DNA of 59,532 nt, filler included, from Platydemus manokwari (GCA_037951405.1; 5 parts of 5 records of this genome joined end to end with filler, not necessarily neighbours in it); one strand, 5' to 3'. Shown: positions 14,602-27,491, counted from the first letter of the whole stretch. Notes: generated by a model from the letters alone, not told the origin. Numbers and translations are program-made.

Positions 14602-14620
14602 CTAATCCAGAACTTATCAT
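14602..14620 (-). CDS. Candidate short first coding exon of the syntaxin (MISSGL + phase 1)
   Basis: ATG ATA AGT TCT GGA TTA G followed by donor gttagt. Phase 1 matches the acceptor at 13696, giving MISSGLDFDENTMRHSEQ. No homology support. Confidence 0.25.
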
Positions 14621-15200
14621 TATTATTAGGTGAACGAGAGTGAATCAGTGTGAAATTCGAAAACATTATTTAGTAATTCACAGTGACTCTTTCTCACCAC
14701 TTAACAATGGGATCGTGTTATATTTGCATTTTGTTTACAAATCAACTAATCTATCACAATTCGTTTTGCTCATAACAGCATTCATTTTTATTCTACATCA
14801 ACACACATCAATTGTGATCGTCGAACGTAAGCAATTTGAAATTCTAAATTTCTAGAGTGCAACCGAAAAAGAATTTATGTAATAGTTTTTCGTTAGTACA
14901 TCTTCTGATTATGATGAGCTTTCGTGTCGGTGTTATTTGTTCGAATGTCTGTTGTAAGAAAATCGATAATAATATATTTTGATTGAATTTCATTAAATAA
15001 ATATTTTAAAAAATGTTTTTGTTTTTAAAAAAAAAGCCGGAATTATTAATACACCTAATATTAAAATTTTAATCGGTATTTAATAATTATTTAATTATAA
15101 TAATCATAATATCGATCATTCTTTATTTATTTATAGTAATGATTGAAGTAATAAATCACGTTATAAATTATTGTTATCGATATATTATTACATTTTCCAA

Positions 15201-15206
15201 TTTATT
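15201..15206 (-). terminator. Polyadenylation signal of the putative prohormone gene
   Basis: AATAAA on the minus strand 22 nt downstream of the TGA at 15229-15231. Confidence 0.5.
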
Positions 15207-15228
15207 TTCTTAGTCCATTAATGTGAAC

Positions 15229-15449
15229 TCATTTTCCAAATCCACTGTCCCACATTTGATGTTTCGGCAGAAGATTTCCTTCCTCAAGAAGTTTCTTGTA
15301 ATAGTCGTTCATTGAATCCTTTTTCACTTCTCTTTTACCGTAACTGCTGAACCATCCTTGTCGTAAATTTGGATCTCCTTTCATTTGTCGTAGAACTTTG
15401 AGATAATATTGGATAAGTTGTCTTGATATATTGTTGCTATTATCTGATG
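15229..15449 (-). CDS. Terminal exon of a putative neuropeptide/peptide-hormone precursor
   Basis: Acceptor tttatag (AG at 15450-15451), phase-1 frame: SDNSNNISRQLIQYYLKVLRQMKGDPNLRQGWFSSYGKREVKKDSMNDYYKKLLEEGNLLPKHQMWDSGFGK*. Contains GKR and terminal GK amidation/cleavage signals and KK sites. AATAAA follows at 15201-15206. Signal-peptide exon not located. Confidence 0.75.
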
Positions 15450-15749
15450 CTATAAATAGTATAAATAAATTTATTTATCGATTTTAACAAAATAATTTCA
15501 ATATTTTGGATAAACGAATTTTTGTAAGAAATCATAATCTATTTTATGTTAGGTTGTATTTATATTTCAGATTAATAAAATTCACAAGATAACAAATCAA
15601 ATCTTAAGGAAGTATTATAGATTAGGAAATAAATGCTTGAAGTAGTAGACATGAAATTTGCTTTATTATTTAATAATGGGGAGATACTCCCCATTTATAT
15701 TATATCACCATTTATATTAATATCTCTCAATACCATTGTGAGAATATCA

Positions 15750-15900
15750 AATTGAATTTAATTTGAATTAGTATAGAATTTAATTTATATTAAATTAAGT
15801 TTTATATTGAATTTAATGTTGTATTGAATTTGATTTAAAATTGAATTTAATTCTATAAAGAATTTAAATTTTCATTGAATTTAAATTTGGTATTAAATTT
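15750..15900 (+). repeat. Degenerate ~17-bp minisatellite (TGAATTTAATTTNNTAT-like)
   Basis: About 8 consecutive units, e.g. tgaatttaatgttgtat / tgaatttgatttaaaat / tgaatttaattctataa. Confidence 0.6.
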
Positions 15901-16413
15901 TATTTATTTGTTTAAACATAATTTGAATGTCGAGTTTTTTCAGTTCGTTTTCGATGCCTATTTTATAAAATGATGTAAGAATACCAGTTGCGCTTATTAT
16001 TTCCAGTTCACAACTGCTTCATTATGCACACGATTTGAATGTACGACCCATCGGTCTAGAAGGTTCGTTCTTTAATAATTTTATCATTTTCTACTTTTGC
16101 AGAAAAAGCGAAAGCCACATTTCAGCTACAGGTTTTCCTCATTTCTTGGAAAGTTGATGCGAGAACTTATTATATTTTATTCTTATTCTCATAGGGCTTT
16201 TACGAAGAATTTTAACGACTTTGTTTTATCAAAAGTTTCTGCTAATGAATTGACTGACAAATTAAAAAATTCGAATTCTTATTTGGTTTCCGCCATTCTT
16301 TAAGAATACAAGTTCTTTTAACAAGATATAATAAAAATAATCAAGATAATAATAATATATTCAATCATAAATAATGATCATAAATAATAATAAAGCTAAT
16401 AGCATCGATATCA

Positions 16414-16415
<2 letters not shown>

Positions 16416-16456
<41 letters not shown>
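16416..16456. repeat. (ATT)n microsatellite
   Basis: Direct reading. Confidence 0.9.
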
Positions 16457-17837
16457 TTATTCATTGAATTGGATATTCTCATCTGGCCAAGTACGAATGG
16501 TTTGAAAATGAAAACATGATTTATCAAAACAGATTTAGTGATCCAGCTACATTTTGCTGAAATTTAATTTTTTCTGAAATTTCAAATCTCAAAAATGCCA
16601 TTATGTCACTTCACGAAACTATATTTAACTTATTGGCTTTGTCTAAGCCAATGTAATCCTGGAAATATTTTTATCGCAATGCATTCTCACCATTATTATT
16701 TCGTGATGACAAAAACATATTGCAATGCACACCGAACCATTTCTAATTTTATTTTTAACATAAAATTTCAAATATAAAAGATCTTATGCAAATGGCTCAT
16801 TTGGGAATTCACATGTTATTCGTGTTATAAATCCATACAAATCCGTACAAATCCGTACAAATCGGAAAGCAATCTTTTTACTGCAATGATGGGATCATAG
16901 AAGTACAATTTTTTTCTGTCTCAACTTAAAAACTTCTCAAATTCCAGCACAAATCCCACCGTGAATTTGAAAATTTTTTGAAATTTTAAAAATTTGTTTT
17001 TTTTCTTTATAAAATTAAATTTACGATTTTAAATCATTTAAGATCTCATTCAGAAATTTGTAAATTTTGACCAATCACTAATTTTCAATCACTTGGCACA
17101 ATTCAAACTCCAATTGCCGTTTTCCAAGTCCAAAATACAAAATCAACCTTAACCTCATTAAATCAATTTTTGCTCAAACAATCCTCATCATAATAATTCA
17201 TTAAATCGAACATACGGTGGCAATTGCTTATCATCAATTAATGAACTCGGTAAGTGGATTCTGATTTAATTGAATGATTTGAAGAAATTAAAGTAATTTT
17301 CAACATTTTTTTTTAAATAATTCCATTAATGCCATTAACAAAGGCAGATTTTTATCATTTCTTTTTTTATTCCAATTAAAATAAGTCAAATCGGATGTAA
17401 TTAGATCGATTTTAATTACTTAAAAAATCAATAAACCAATTTCGAAATGTATGATTATGAAATGTATTCTCTCCGATTGAAAGTCATGTCTTTTCCGTAA
17501 CCTTTAAACTTGACTGGATTTTTATTTTATTATTTAATTAATGGGCCCAGTTTCGATTATCATTAAGAATTTTAATTTTCTAGTCTTTTAAATATGATTA
17601 TAATCAATAATTAAAATTGCATAAAAATTATTTGATTAAATTTCTTTTCATTATTTTCAAAATAAATATAAATTTAATTCGGGATTAAATATAAATTTAG
17701 TCGGACTTATCTATATTTATTTATTTTTATTAAATTTAATTATTTTTTATTTTAAATATTATGGTTGATTTATTATTGTTGTTGATATACCCGTCTGTTT
17801 TAATTTATTAATAAATTTGAATAATTAGAGAATGTAA

Positions 17838-17839
<2 letters not shown>

Positions 17840-17911
<72 letters not shown>
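17840..17911. repeat. (ATT)n microsatellite running into assembly gap
   Basis: Direct reading. Confidence 0.95.
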
Positions 17912-18011
17912 NNNNNNNNNNNNNNNNNNNNNNNNNNNNNNNNNNNNNNNNNNNNTTAATTAATTAANNNNNNNNNNNNNNNNNNNNNNNNNNNNNNNNN
18001 NNNNNNNNNNN
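17912..18011. other. Assembly gap linker
   Basis: 44 N + TTAATTAATTAA + 44 N. Confidence 0.98.
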
Positions 18012-18012
18012 G

Positions 18013-18120
18013 TTTTTAAATTTAAATTTTTATAATTATAAATCAAGTTAGTTAATTACAGACATGTTTAATAATATCATTGGTTATTATTATAAAATAA
18101 TTGTAAAAATTGAGAATATC
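18013..18120 (+). repeat. Dispersed repeat, copy 1 (contig start)
   Basis: Near-identical to 37909-38015: TTTTAAATTTAAATTTTTATAATTATAAATC...AAAATTGAGAATATC. Confidence 0.85.
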
Positions 18121-20803
18121 TCTCAATTTGCTTCTAATGTTAAGATAAAGGGTCCTCCCTAATTTTTAATAAATTTCAATTCGACCTACTTTGATCCCTT
18201 TTTCAAATAACAATTCTTAGGAGATTTTTATGCTCTAGTTTATTTAATATTTGATTTCAAACAACTCAAATTCTTATTAAGCACTTAAATAAATAATTCA
18301 AAATGTATTAAAAGAATATTATTAAATAAACTATATAGAATTTTGCAATACATTCAACAATTTTAAGAATTCATTTTAGGATCCTTTTTTAACTAAAGTC
18401 CAACAAAATTTTGTTGTATTTATTCAAACAGACGAAGAACGTTACTTAGATATTTATTATTTCTGTGATATAAATAACATTTTAAATATCAATTTTTCAT
18501 ATTTGTAACCATGGTTACTTAATTAATTTACTTTCGATAAAATTAAACAATTGAATTTACTTTACAGTAGCTTTCGAACGATATAGTTGTGGAGGATTTG
18601 TTTGTTTAGATAAACCAAATGCAGTTCAATATTTGCAGATATCACGGGAAATGGAATTAATTAATCTGCTTCATACGGGTTTGAATTAAAATACCTAAAA
18701 TTCATCAGAACTTATTAAATTACAAACAGGAACGAATTATTTAAAAGATTTACCGAAATGCAATTAATGCTAATTCGCTCACAATTCCTTTTTTGATAAC
18801 CAACGTTTTTCTATCATTCTAATTAGATGTAAATAATGCGAAATACACCAGACCATTTATTCCAGTAATTGCGAAAAAAATATTCAATGGCTAATTTTAC
18901 TCTTAGTAATTTGAATGGTGGATAATTTTTCCATTATTTCATTTTTTTTCAGTAGTCAAATAACACGCCACGATTTTTAATATCGTTATTTGACCAGACC
19001 GGCAACCATCGCTTGCATACTTGCTTAATGTTCAGCAGTAGTAGTTAACCCATATTTCAATTTAATTCAATTTATCAGTTTCATGCTCCACATATTCCTG
19101 GTTTGGTTCACTTATTATCTAGTTACCTATTTATTCAATTAATTTTAATGTTTTTTCGGCTTATTTTTGGACTTAATTATTTCCACTGAGATCGCTACAC
19201 GTGCAGTTTTGCTTGTGTCATTTGTTTCTGTTTGATAATCGTCTTTTTAGTTTCAAAATGCACAGTACGAAATAAATTTTATTCTTTTTATAACTTTATG
19301 TTCAAAACGAGTTAAATAAAGCACAAATAAAAATGATTTCAAACACAGAAAATCATCATTTTATTTTAAAATACTTATTCTGGCATGTCAAAATGAATCC
19401 TTGGTTCCTGAGTTTCTTTGAAAATGTTAGTAGTAGCTACCTAGTTTGAAGTTGGAAATGTGTTAAAAGAATTCTAGAAGATTTTCGTAATCTTTTTTAT
19501 AAAATTTTATAAAGAACGACTGAAAAGTCACGACATCAAATTATATATTTAAACACAATGATATAAACAAATTGATTCAATCTAATCCTTCAAATTTAAT
19601 TAATTTATAAATTCTCACATCTCCCTTTCTTTAAATTCCTTGATTTTGCTTGTATTCTTTATAAAATTTTCTAATTCTTCTATTTTCTTTATATTCTATT
19701 TCGTATCTCCTTCATATCTTCTGTACTTCTTATTTATATTTTTATATATTATCTGTATTTTTCTATAATTAAAGTTATGGAATGCTATTCAACTTGCTGT
19801 CTCTCAATTTTTGATCATTTTATGAAATAAAACCTTTTCTTCTCAATTAAATTTACTGTAGTCAATGAATATTATGTTTCCTCGTCACAAGACTCCGTGT
19901 CTTTGTTTTCTTTTCTATCTTCTTCCATATTGGTTGCTTATATTTTCAGAATTGTTCTAATTATTGAGTATCAGAAGCCTAATCTGGGGATAAATAATGA
20001 TAAGTAATCGTAAATCTAATTTATTTTCCAAAATAGATAGAAAAATAAAAATGTCATTAATAATATATTAAAATAGGAAAAGAAATGAAAACCACTATAA
20101 ATAGCAAAACAAAAAATGATAATAATAAAATAAATTAAATTGAAAATTGAAAATAACAACAGACAAAGAGCGACAAGAATAATCTAAATGTGCTTTAAAA
20201 TTGGCAGTACACACCCGAAAACAATTATTGAAAAATCTAGTATTATACGCTTATTATTATTTAACTTTAGAGAAAGCTCACGATTACAAATCGATACGAA
20301 AAGCCTTATATTACTACATCTGCAGGGATTATTATTAGAAACATTCCTATTAGTGGAAGAAAAATTAATCAATAAGTGATATTCAAACTGACCAGTCTTA
20401 TTGCAAGAACAGAAGAATTGTTCTTTTACATCATAGCCCCAACTAATTTTATTAATTATTCGAATGCATTGTTTAATTATCTTAACCGTAATCAATTTTT
20501 ATGACATTATTTCCGATTTTAATGAATTGGACCCAGTCCAACCATTCTTCTAAGCAACTCTAAATTCACGCACAAAATCATTCTTCCTCAGAGGGACTGC
20601 TAGCACTTATAAGCCCAATCCTCGGTGCATCACTCGACAAACATGGTTCTTGCATCGAAATTACAGGAGACTCTTAATTATCTTAACAGGTCAATATACC
20701 CTTATATAATCTATAATACAATACCTGGTTATTGTTCCAATTCATAATTCATAATTATTTTATTTTATTGTTGTATAACCATTGTATTAGCTGCAGTTTA
20801 AAT

Positions 20804-21113
20804 AAGTGGTCTTCACACTGTTTGTGTTGCGAACTACTTTATGAGTCCAAATTTTTCGCGACCCGTAGGGACTAAAATAAAAATAATAAAGTAAATTTTT
20901 TAATAATTTTTTTAACACACAAAAATTAAAATATCTTTAATAATAATAACGATTTTGCATATTCTGGCATAAAACATCGAATCTTGGCTCTTTTTCTGTG
21001 ATGCTTGGTTGCAATGCTAATTCCAGATCTTTAAAATTCGATCGATATTTTGTCTTAATATAAGTCAGTTTCGAAAATGAAATTTCTCGCTCACCCTATT
21101 TTAAAGAACACTG
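20804..21113. mobile_element. hAT-superfamily MITE with perfect 8-bp TSD
   Basis: Termini (a)AGTGGTCTT...AAGAACACTG. GTTTAAAT lies immediately on both sides (20796-20803, 21114-21121). Confidence 0.85.
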
Positions 21114-22305
21114 GTTTAAATTATATATTTTCAAAAGTATTCATTGTTATCTTTAATGTCAATTAACGATTTAGTTGTTGGTATTTGATTAACACCGAAG
21201 AAACCAACATTATCGAGAAATAAGCTGTTGGTTTATTCATCGTTGGTGAAGATTTTGTAAAGCTGTGTGTGTTTAAAATTAAATAACTCAGCTCATTAGA
21301 ATACTACATAGATAAATCAGATGAAATATCTACTAGATACCGTAATTATATAAATATACATTTATTAATAATACCATATGTTGTGGTATATTTATTGTAT
21401 TAATTTTAACTCAATCTCAAGTTGGTAACAGAGTTTCGTAGAAAGAATTTAAACTTTATTTTAGGATTTAAATAAAAAGTGATATACAACATTTTTGTTA
21501 ATTCTAAATATTACTTCAATTATTATTTCCAGCAGAAAATTTTCTCAATTAGCTCTTTTTGTGATTTCAATGTTATGCTCCACAGTTATTTCGGAAAATT
21601 ATAAATCATTAATAATCTCTGAAAACTTCTAACAAATAAATGAATACAAAAATTTATTTCGTAAAATTTTAAAACACGCACATTCACTAATTAATTAACG
21701 GAGAAACCAAAAATACAAACATGCTCCGGTACTCGTGATAATGAAATATTAACGAATAAAACTGACATAAATTTAATTACATACGAACAAGTAAAATCTA
21801 AGAAACATCTAAAAAAATAATAGTTTTTTACTGCTGAAATGTTCGCATTGTTTGATTTGAGGAGTAATTAATTATCTTATGATTAATTATAAGAGTTTTA
21901 TCTAAGCTGCTAAGCAATTTCTTAATGCATAAATAATTTAAAATATAAAAAACCATTCACCCTCAATAATACTTTTTATTATCTTTAAATTACTCTACGT
22001 TTTCGAGTCAATCTTATTATCTAAAACTTCCAATAAAACATATTTTTCAAATTCTCTTTGAAGTGATAGAAATTGTTCACAATATTTGTTTTAGCATACA
22101 TTTTTTTCAATTCTTTCCACATTTGTGATAGAATTTTATTGCTTCGTAAAGCACATGAATTTTAATATTTGATGAAATAATTTATTGATTTTGAATTTTA
22201 AAAGGTTTTCGAATAATTCACAGTAGACACCGGTAAGATTCACGCTTTGATATTTTGATAAATATTCCTGGAAAAAATAGAAAGGTATGAATATATGATA
22301 TAGAC

Positions 22306-22586
22306 CAGTGTTTATCAGGAGGGGCGCGAAAAATTTCATTTTCGACACTGAAATTTTAAAGATCTAGAATTAGTCCTGAGACCGGCCATCACCGAAATAG
22401 AGCCAACATTTGAGATTTTAAGCCAGAATATGCAAAATCTTTGTTATTATTAAATATATTTTAATTTTTTGATGCTAAAGTTTTATTAAAAAATTTACTT
22501 TATTATTTTTATTTTAGTCCCTAGGGGTCACAAAAAAATTTGGATATCGTAAAGTGGGTCACAACACAAAAGTGTGAAGACCATTG
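22306..22586. mobile_element. Second copy of the same hAT MITE, inverted
   Basis: CAGTGTTT...GAAGACCATTG. The reverse complement aligns with 20804-21113 (TAGGGACTAAAATAAAAATAATAAAGTAAA, TTTTGCATATTCTGGC, AGATCTTTAAAATT). TSD degenerate (ATATAGAC/ATATTTGC). Confidence 0.8.
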
Positions 22587-23117
22587 ATATTTGCGATTTT
22601 TCATATCAATTGACCCTATCCATGAATAAACACCGATATATTTCCACTAATTCTCCACAATTTTTTGAATATCCGCAGAATTTTTCCTGAAACTTGAATT
22701 TGATATACTTGGTATCAAATTGAAAGCATGTCAATACGTGACATGAGATTAATTAGTAAATTTCTTGGAACATTTAATTTGTGAGAGGTATTGGTTCATA
22801 CATCTCAAATAACTGTTTGGCACAAATCTCAATAAGTTTTGATCTGGAACATTGTTATCGATTAGTAATAGTTTATTTAAGATTTTTAAAAATTATTTGG
22901 TAACCAAGGTATTTTTTCTAAAATCTTAGACATATTATGATAAACGTTATCATTTTTACTGATAAACGCTGAAGTGTGATTGAAATCAAATATTAAGATT
23001 ATTCCACACTTCGTCAAAGGGCGGTTTTCATTAAATTATTATAATATTGAATTGAAAAATTGTCAACACACTTATAATGTGTAAAAATTATTCAAAAATA
23101 TTTTCAGGTGTACCTAC

Positions 23118-23759
23118 TGTAGAGCACAACAAATACTCATTTTGATCCCATCTATTTGACTCCAAAAAGTTAGTATTTGAACAATAAGATATATTTTCTA
23201 ACACTGTACAACCATTAATCACCAATAAAATCACAATCAAGGGTCCAACCCCTATATTCAGTTCAGAAAATCACCGAACTAGTCTGCTCACAATATTGGG
23301 CTGCAGGCCAAGGAGCTACTGATGGCCTATAATACGATACAAGCGTGCACAACAAACGGTTACGGACGCCCTACTCTACTTTAAGTTAAAAACGATATTC
23401 GGAAACAACATCCTCAAATACCCTACAATTTATGTTTAATATTTTCTTCAAATATTCGGGAAACAATTTCCTCGAATATTAAACTGTACAATTAAAGATT
23501 AATAACAAAATTCAATAACCTGTTTAATTTACTAATATGATCCTAATCGATAATATCCTATTGTCGATTCTGCTGATGGCTGCTAATATCGGCTGTTAAT
23601 TTTTTCTGCTAATATTCTGATAATGTTCTGATAATGTCTGCGAATGACTGCGACAGTCAATTATTGATTGCCTTTATATAGAACTTTGTTCACAACAAAA
23701 TTCCCTTCCCTAGTTAGCATGCACTGCTAACATCTAACTTTAATCAACAACTTCCTACA
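23118..23759 (-). mobile_element. Possible LTR of another family
   Basis: TGTAG...CTACA candidate termini. On the minus strand TATATAAAGG is followed by CAGTC. GC-richer than flanks. No TSD found. Confidence 0.3.
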
Positions 23760-25464
23760 TTAGGACGTTATTGCTACTTTAATTTTTTGAAACATTAAAA
23801 CAAACCATAATTTCTAAATATATATTTTATGTTATTTATTATTTCTACTTAATATTTATTTTTAACAATATTAATTTTATTTCAAAGTTGTTATCGTAAT
23901 TTAATTTCTTTTTTTGAATATAACTTTTTATATATAACTTTAAATATAACTTTTGAATATAATTTAACATTTATTATTTATTATTAACCTCTCTCTCTTT
24001 GACTTGTCATTTTAATTACTTTTAAACACCAAATTTTTACTTTTATATTTTACTGTTAATTGGGCTCTTTCAATATGAATTTTTGGTTTATATTTTATTA
24101 CGTAAATCACCTTGGATAGTTTATAGTGTCATTTTGAATAACTATTAAACAATATTAAAAGATAATTATCGTATTTTTATAAATATCATAGGCACGTTTT
24201 CCTTTATATTTATGATAAAATCGCGCATACACATATTTCTTGATTATTTTTAACAAATATTAATACTAATAATTAGTATGCTTTACGTAACACAGAGAAT
24301 TATAAGTATATTATACAAGAAAAGATTCCTTTTCGGTAGAATTTAGATAAAAATGAGTTTGTGAATCTTTGAATAACAACCCATTCCATTACTAAAGTTT
24401 ATTCAATACAATCAGCTCAGTGTATTCGAGTTTATACACAGTGTTAACGGGAAGAAAATCTGTGTATCTTAAAGATCACAATAAATTACAGTGGTTTAGT
24501 ATATTAACTATAAACCTTTATTTTAGATAAAAATTGCTAACTCCTACACTTTATATGTATATAAAGATTAACGAAGTTTAAAAATGACATTTTCGATTTA
24601 ATTATCATTAAAGAAGAAAACCATGACTGAAAATCAATTATACAATTCCAATATTAAACTCTCGATTTGCTTGAATTTATTACCTTGTTTACAGCAAGGC
24701 ACATCCATGTTTACCGTGCTTTAATTCCGGTAATTGTAGAATTCACATCATCTAATCTATTTAATAGATAGATGTCATCGTCAATGATTTTTATTCGCGC
24801 AGGCTTGATACAATTAATATATGCGAAATTTTATTATAATTTTACTATATAATTTATTATAATATAATTCTTAAATATATGAAAATAACAGGGCAATACA
24901 TAAATAAATGATTCACTAAATAAACATTCGAAACCTTATGCATACCGGTTTAAATATGGTTGTAAATAAGTCTATCAATATTATTGGCAACTCTAATATT
25001 TCCGTGATAGATTAGTTGTATGCTGTTGAAATATTCCTTTATTTGTGATTATATTTGAATATATTACGGCTGTATTAACAAAATTATATTTGGAAATAAA
25101 ATATTTCTAGTAAGCTTATCACCCATAAATTTCCCAATATCGATTTATTTTTACTAACTTGAATTGAAATTATTCTTATTCATTACAAACCCGCAGATGA
25201 ATTCTTTCGATAAAATTTTATAAAAATTTAAATAATTCTTTTTACAAGATTGTAAACATTTGCTACATTTTCTTTTTCTCTCTCTCACAGAAATGCAACT
25301 GTTTTAGAAATGACAGAATTGTGATGATATTTTGATTTATTAGATCAACTTTGAAAAATTACCGATTTGAGCATATTTATTTCAATCACAACGGTATTTC
25401 TAAAATTTTGAAATTGTGTCAATGATAAATGTGATTTCTTTTTAAAAAATTATTTTCGATATTG

Positions 25465-26021
25465 TGTTGGGGATATCATAAATCAATCAAAACGGTCACC
25501 AGAACCAAGGAACAATCCTAAAAAGGGTCAATACACACAAACCCGATAAACACACGTGCCGTTAACCAATCAGATTCATTATAATTTTAATCCATATTTA
25601 GAAGCTAAGAATCGACAAGCACCTACATACAAACGGCAGCAAGTCCAAATATCCGCCAATGACACTAGAGATATAAGAAAAATGCCAAGTAAATCGATTC
25701 ACAAACAAATTTAGCAAATTGAAAACGAAGATCCATGACATCAATTAGACACACTCAATGGGTCTATAAAAGAGGTTGAATTCCATGCATTCCTGTCAGT
25801 CTTTTTGGTCGGTAACTTTAGTACCCAGCTTATTTTTGGTTTTAGTAATCAGTCTTTTGATTACTTTTTATTCTGTTTTTGGCTTTCGGGCGCTGATCCT
25901 ATCTTGAATGATTTTCTTAGTGAATTGCGTAAATATTTGTTATTGTTATTATTTAGTCTTTGAGTGCTATATTTAGTTAATACAAATTTTCAGATTTAAA
26001 ATGTTGATTGATAACCAAACA
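25465..26021 (+). mobile_element. Solo LTR, 557 bp, 4-bp TSD ATTG
   Basis: TGTTGG...CCAAACA termini with ATTG on both sides. Internal CCAAT and TATAAAAG followed by CAGTCTTT. Colinear with the reverse complement of 35401-35964. Confidence 0.85.
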
Positions 26022-27391
26022 ATTGTTATCAAAATTGTACCATCATTTATCTCATTTCATTAAACAAACTATTTTACATGGGCAAATAGAGTTAAAAACT
26101 AAAAAAAACGAACCGTCCTATTTTCCCTTAAATAACACTCAACTAATGAGATAAATAAAATCCAGATTTTGTTTTTAAAAATGTTTGAAACATTAGCTGC
26201 TAAAATTTAATCTTTAAGTTAAAATTTTTAAAACATTTACAAGAAACAAATATATTGGAAAAATTACGAACGTTGTGAATTATTTGGGATTTGTCAAGCT
26301 GAAAATACCTTTAACAGTTATTTGTATTGAGTTAAACCCAATCAATTTCGAATATTTCATAATCCAACTACTGAATGAATGCTGTAATAAATTGTGCTAA
26401 CAAACACCAGATGATAAATAGATTCTAGTATGAATTCAAAACTGTTAAATGCCAAAATTACTCTAATAAAGTCTCGAGAGATTCACAATTTATCGGACTA
26501 TTCTAAGTCTACTGAGAATTAAAGGAAATGTCATAGACAAACATTAAAAAAAACGATATTATTGCAAAATGTTTAAATCATAGAGAATTAGTTTTACAGT
26601 TTAATTTGGAAAATAAATTTTACTACATTTAGATGTAGACTCAGTTTGAATCGAAATGGAGCCATATTGTCAATGAGATAGCATCTAATAGATAATGATA
26701 CAAAAAAATTTGAAATCATTCATCTAATATAGATAAATTACATCTCTGGTTTTAATATTTGTTTTGAGGAGCTAATTTTATTGATGATATGATAAATGTT
26801 ATTTTTGTCATGGTTTTTTGTAAGAATAACGTGATAATAAATTACAATAGTGATAAAATTTCGGAACTCGATCCATAATTTCAGTCTAAGATAGTGAGTG
26901 TGTAGAAATCGATTAAATGACACAAATGTCATTAACCGGCCATTAATCCGCGTATAATGATTTAGAAAAAATAAAGATCAATAATGAAATTTTAAAAATT
27001 AGTTAAATTTTCTCATGTCAATTTTCCCCAGTTGATTGTGTGCTTACAAAAGAGTGAATATATAATGAAAAATATAAAATAATAAATAATGATAATAATA
27101 ATTATTATTATTACATAAACGGGTGGTAGTGCCAGTTTGGTATATACAGAGAACTGCATCGAAAATTGGTGTAAATACTGCAGCAAAGCAATGGTCGTTA
27201 CCATTTCAAGCATAAAACCAGAACAAGTACCAAGGGTATATTTGATATAATTATTTGGTATTCGTATTAAAGATAATTCGTCATTCCTTTGTGTCATCGA
27301 TGATAATGTATAAAGGCTATAAGATCTTTCAACGAATATCGGCGACAATGGAAATGAATTTCAGCCGATGAATCGCCTTTGACAAATCCTA

Positions 27392-27491
27392 NNNNNNNNN
27401 NNNNNNNNNNNNNNNNNNNNNNNNNNNNNNNNNNNTTAATTAATTAANNNNNNNNNNNNNNNNNNNNNNNNNNNNNNNNNNNNNNNNNNNN
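27392..27491. other. Assembly gap linker
   Basis: 44 N + TTAATTAATTAA + 44 N. Confidence 0.98.

Noticed and set aside
15750-15900. Periodic repeat as a CRISPR-like array
   Set aside because: No spacers, degenerate tandem units, eukaryotic context.
16360-16414. Signal-peptide-like MISMLLALLLFMIIIYD* upstream of the prohormone exon
   Set aside because: Hits a stop with no GT donor and derives from low-complexity ATT-rich sequence.
17956-17967. Recurring TTAATTAATTAA palindrome as a biological motif
   Set aside because: Always centred between 44-N runs, so it is a scaffolding linker.
17171-18689. Plus-strand donor (gtaagt ~17250) and acceptor (~18567) giving a phase-compatible peptide
   Set aside because: No start codon in frame, spans a gap, and shows no homology.
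27013-27391. 111-aa ORF and a DLSKA motif suggesting LINE RT
   Set aside because: Motif not followed by other RT motifs, frames full of stops, and the ORF tail is an ATT repeat.
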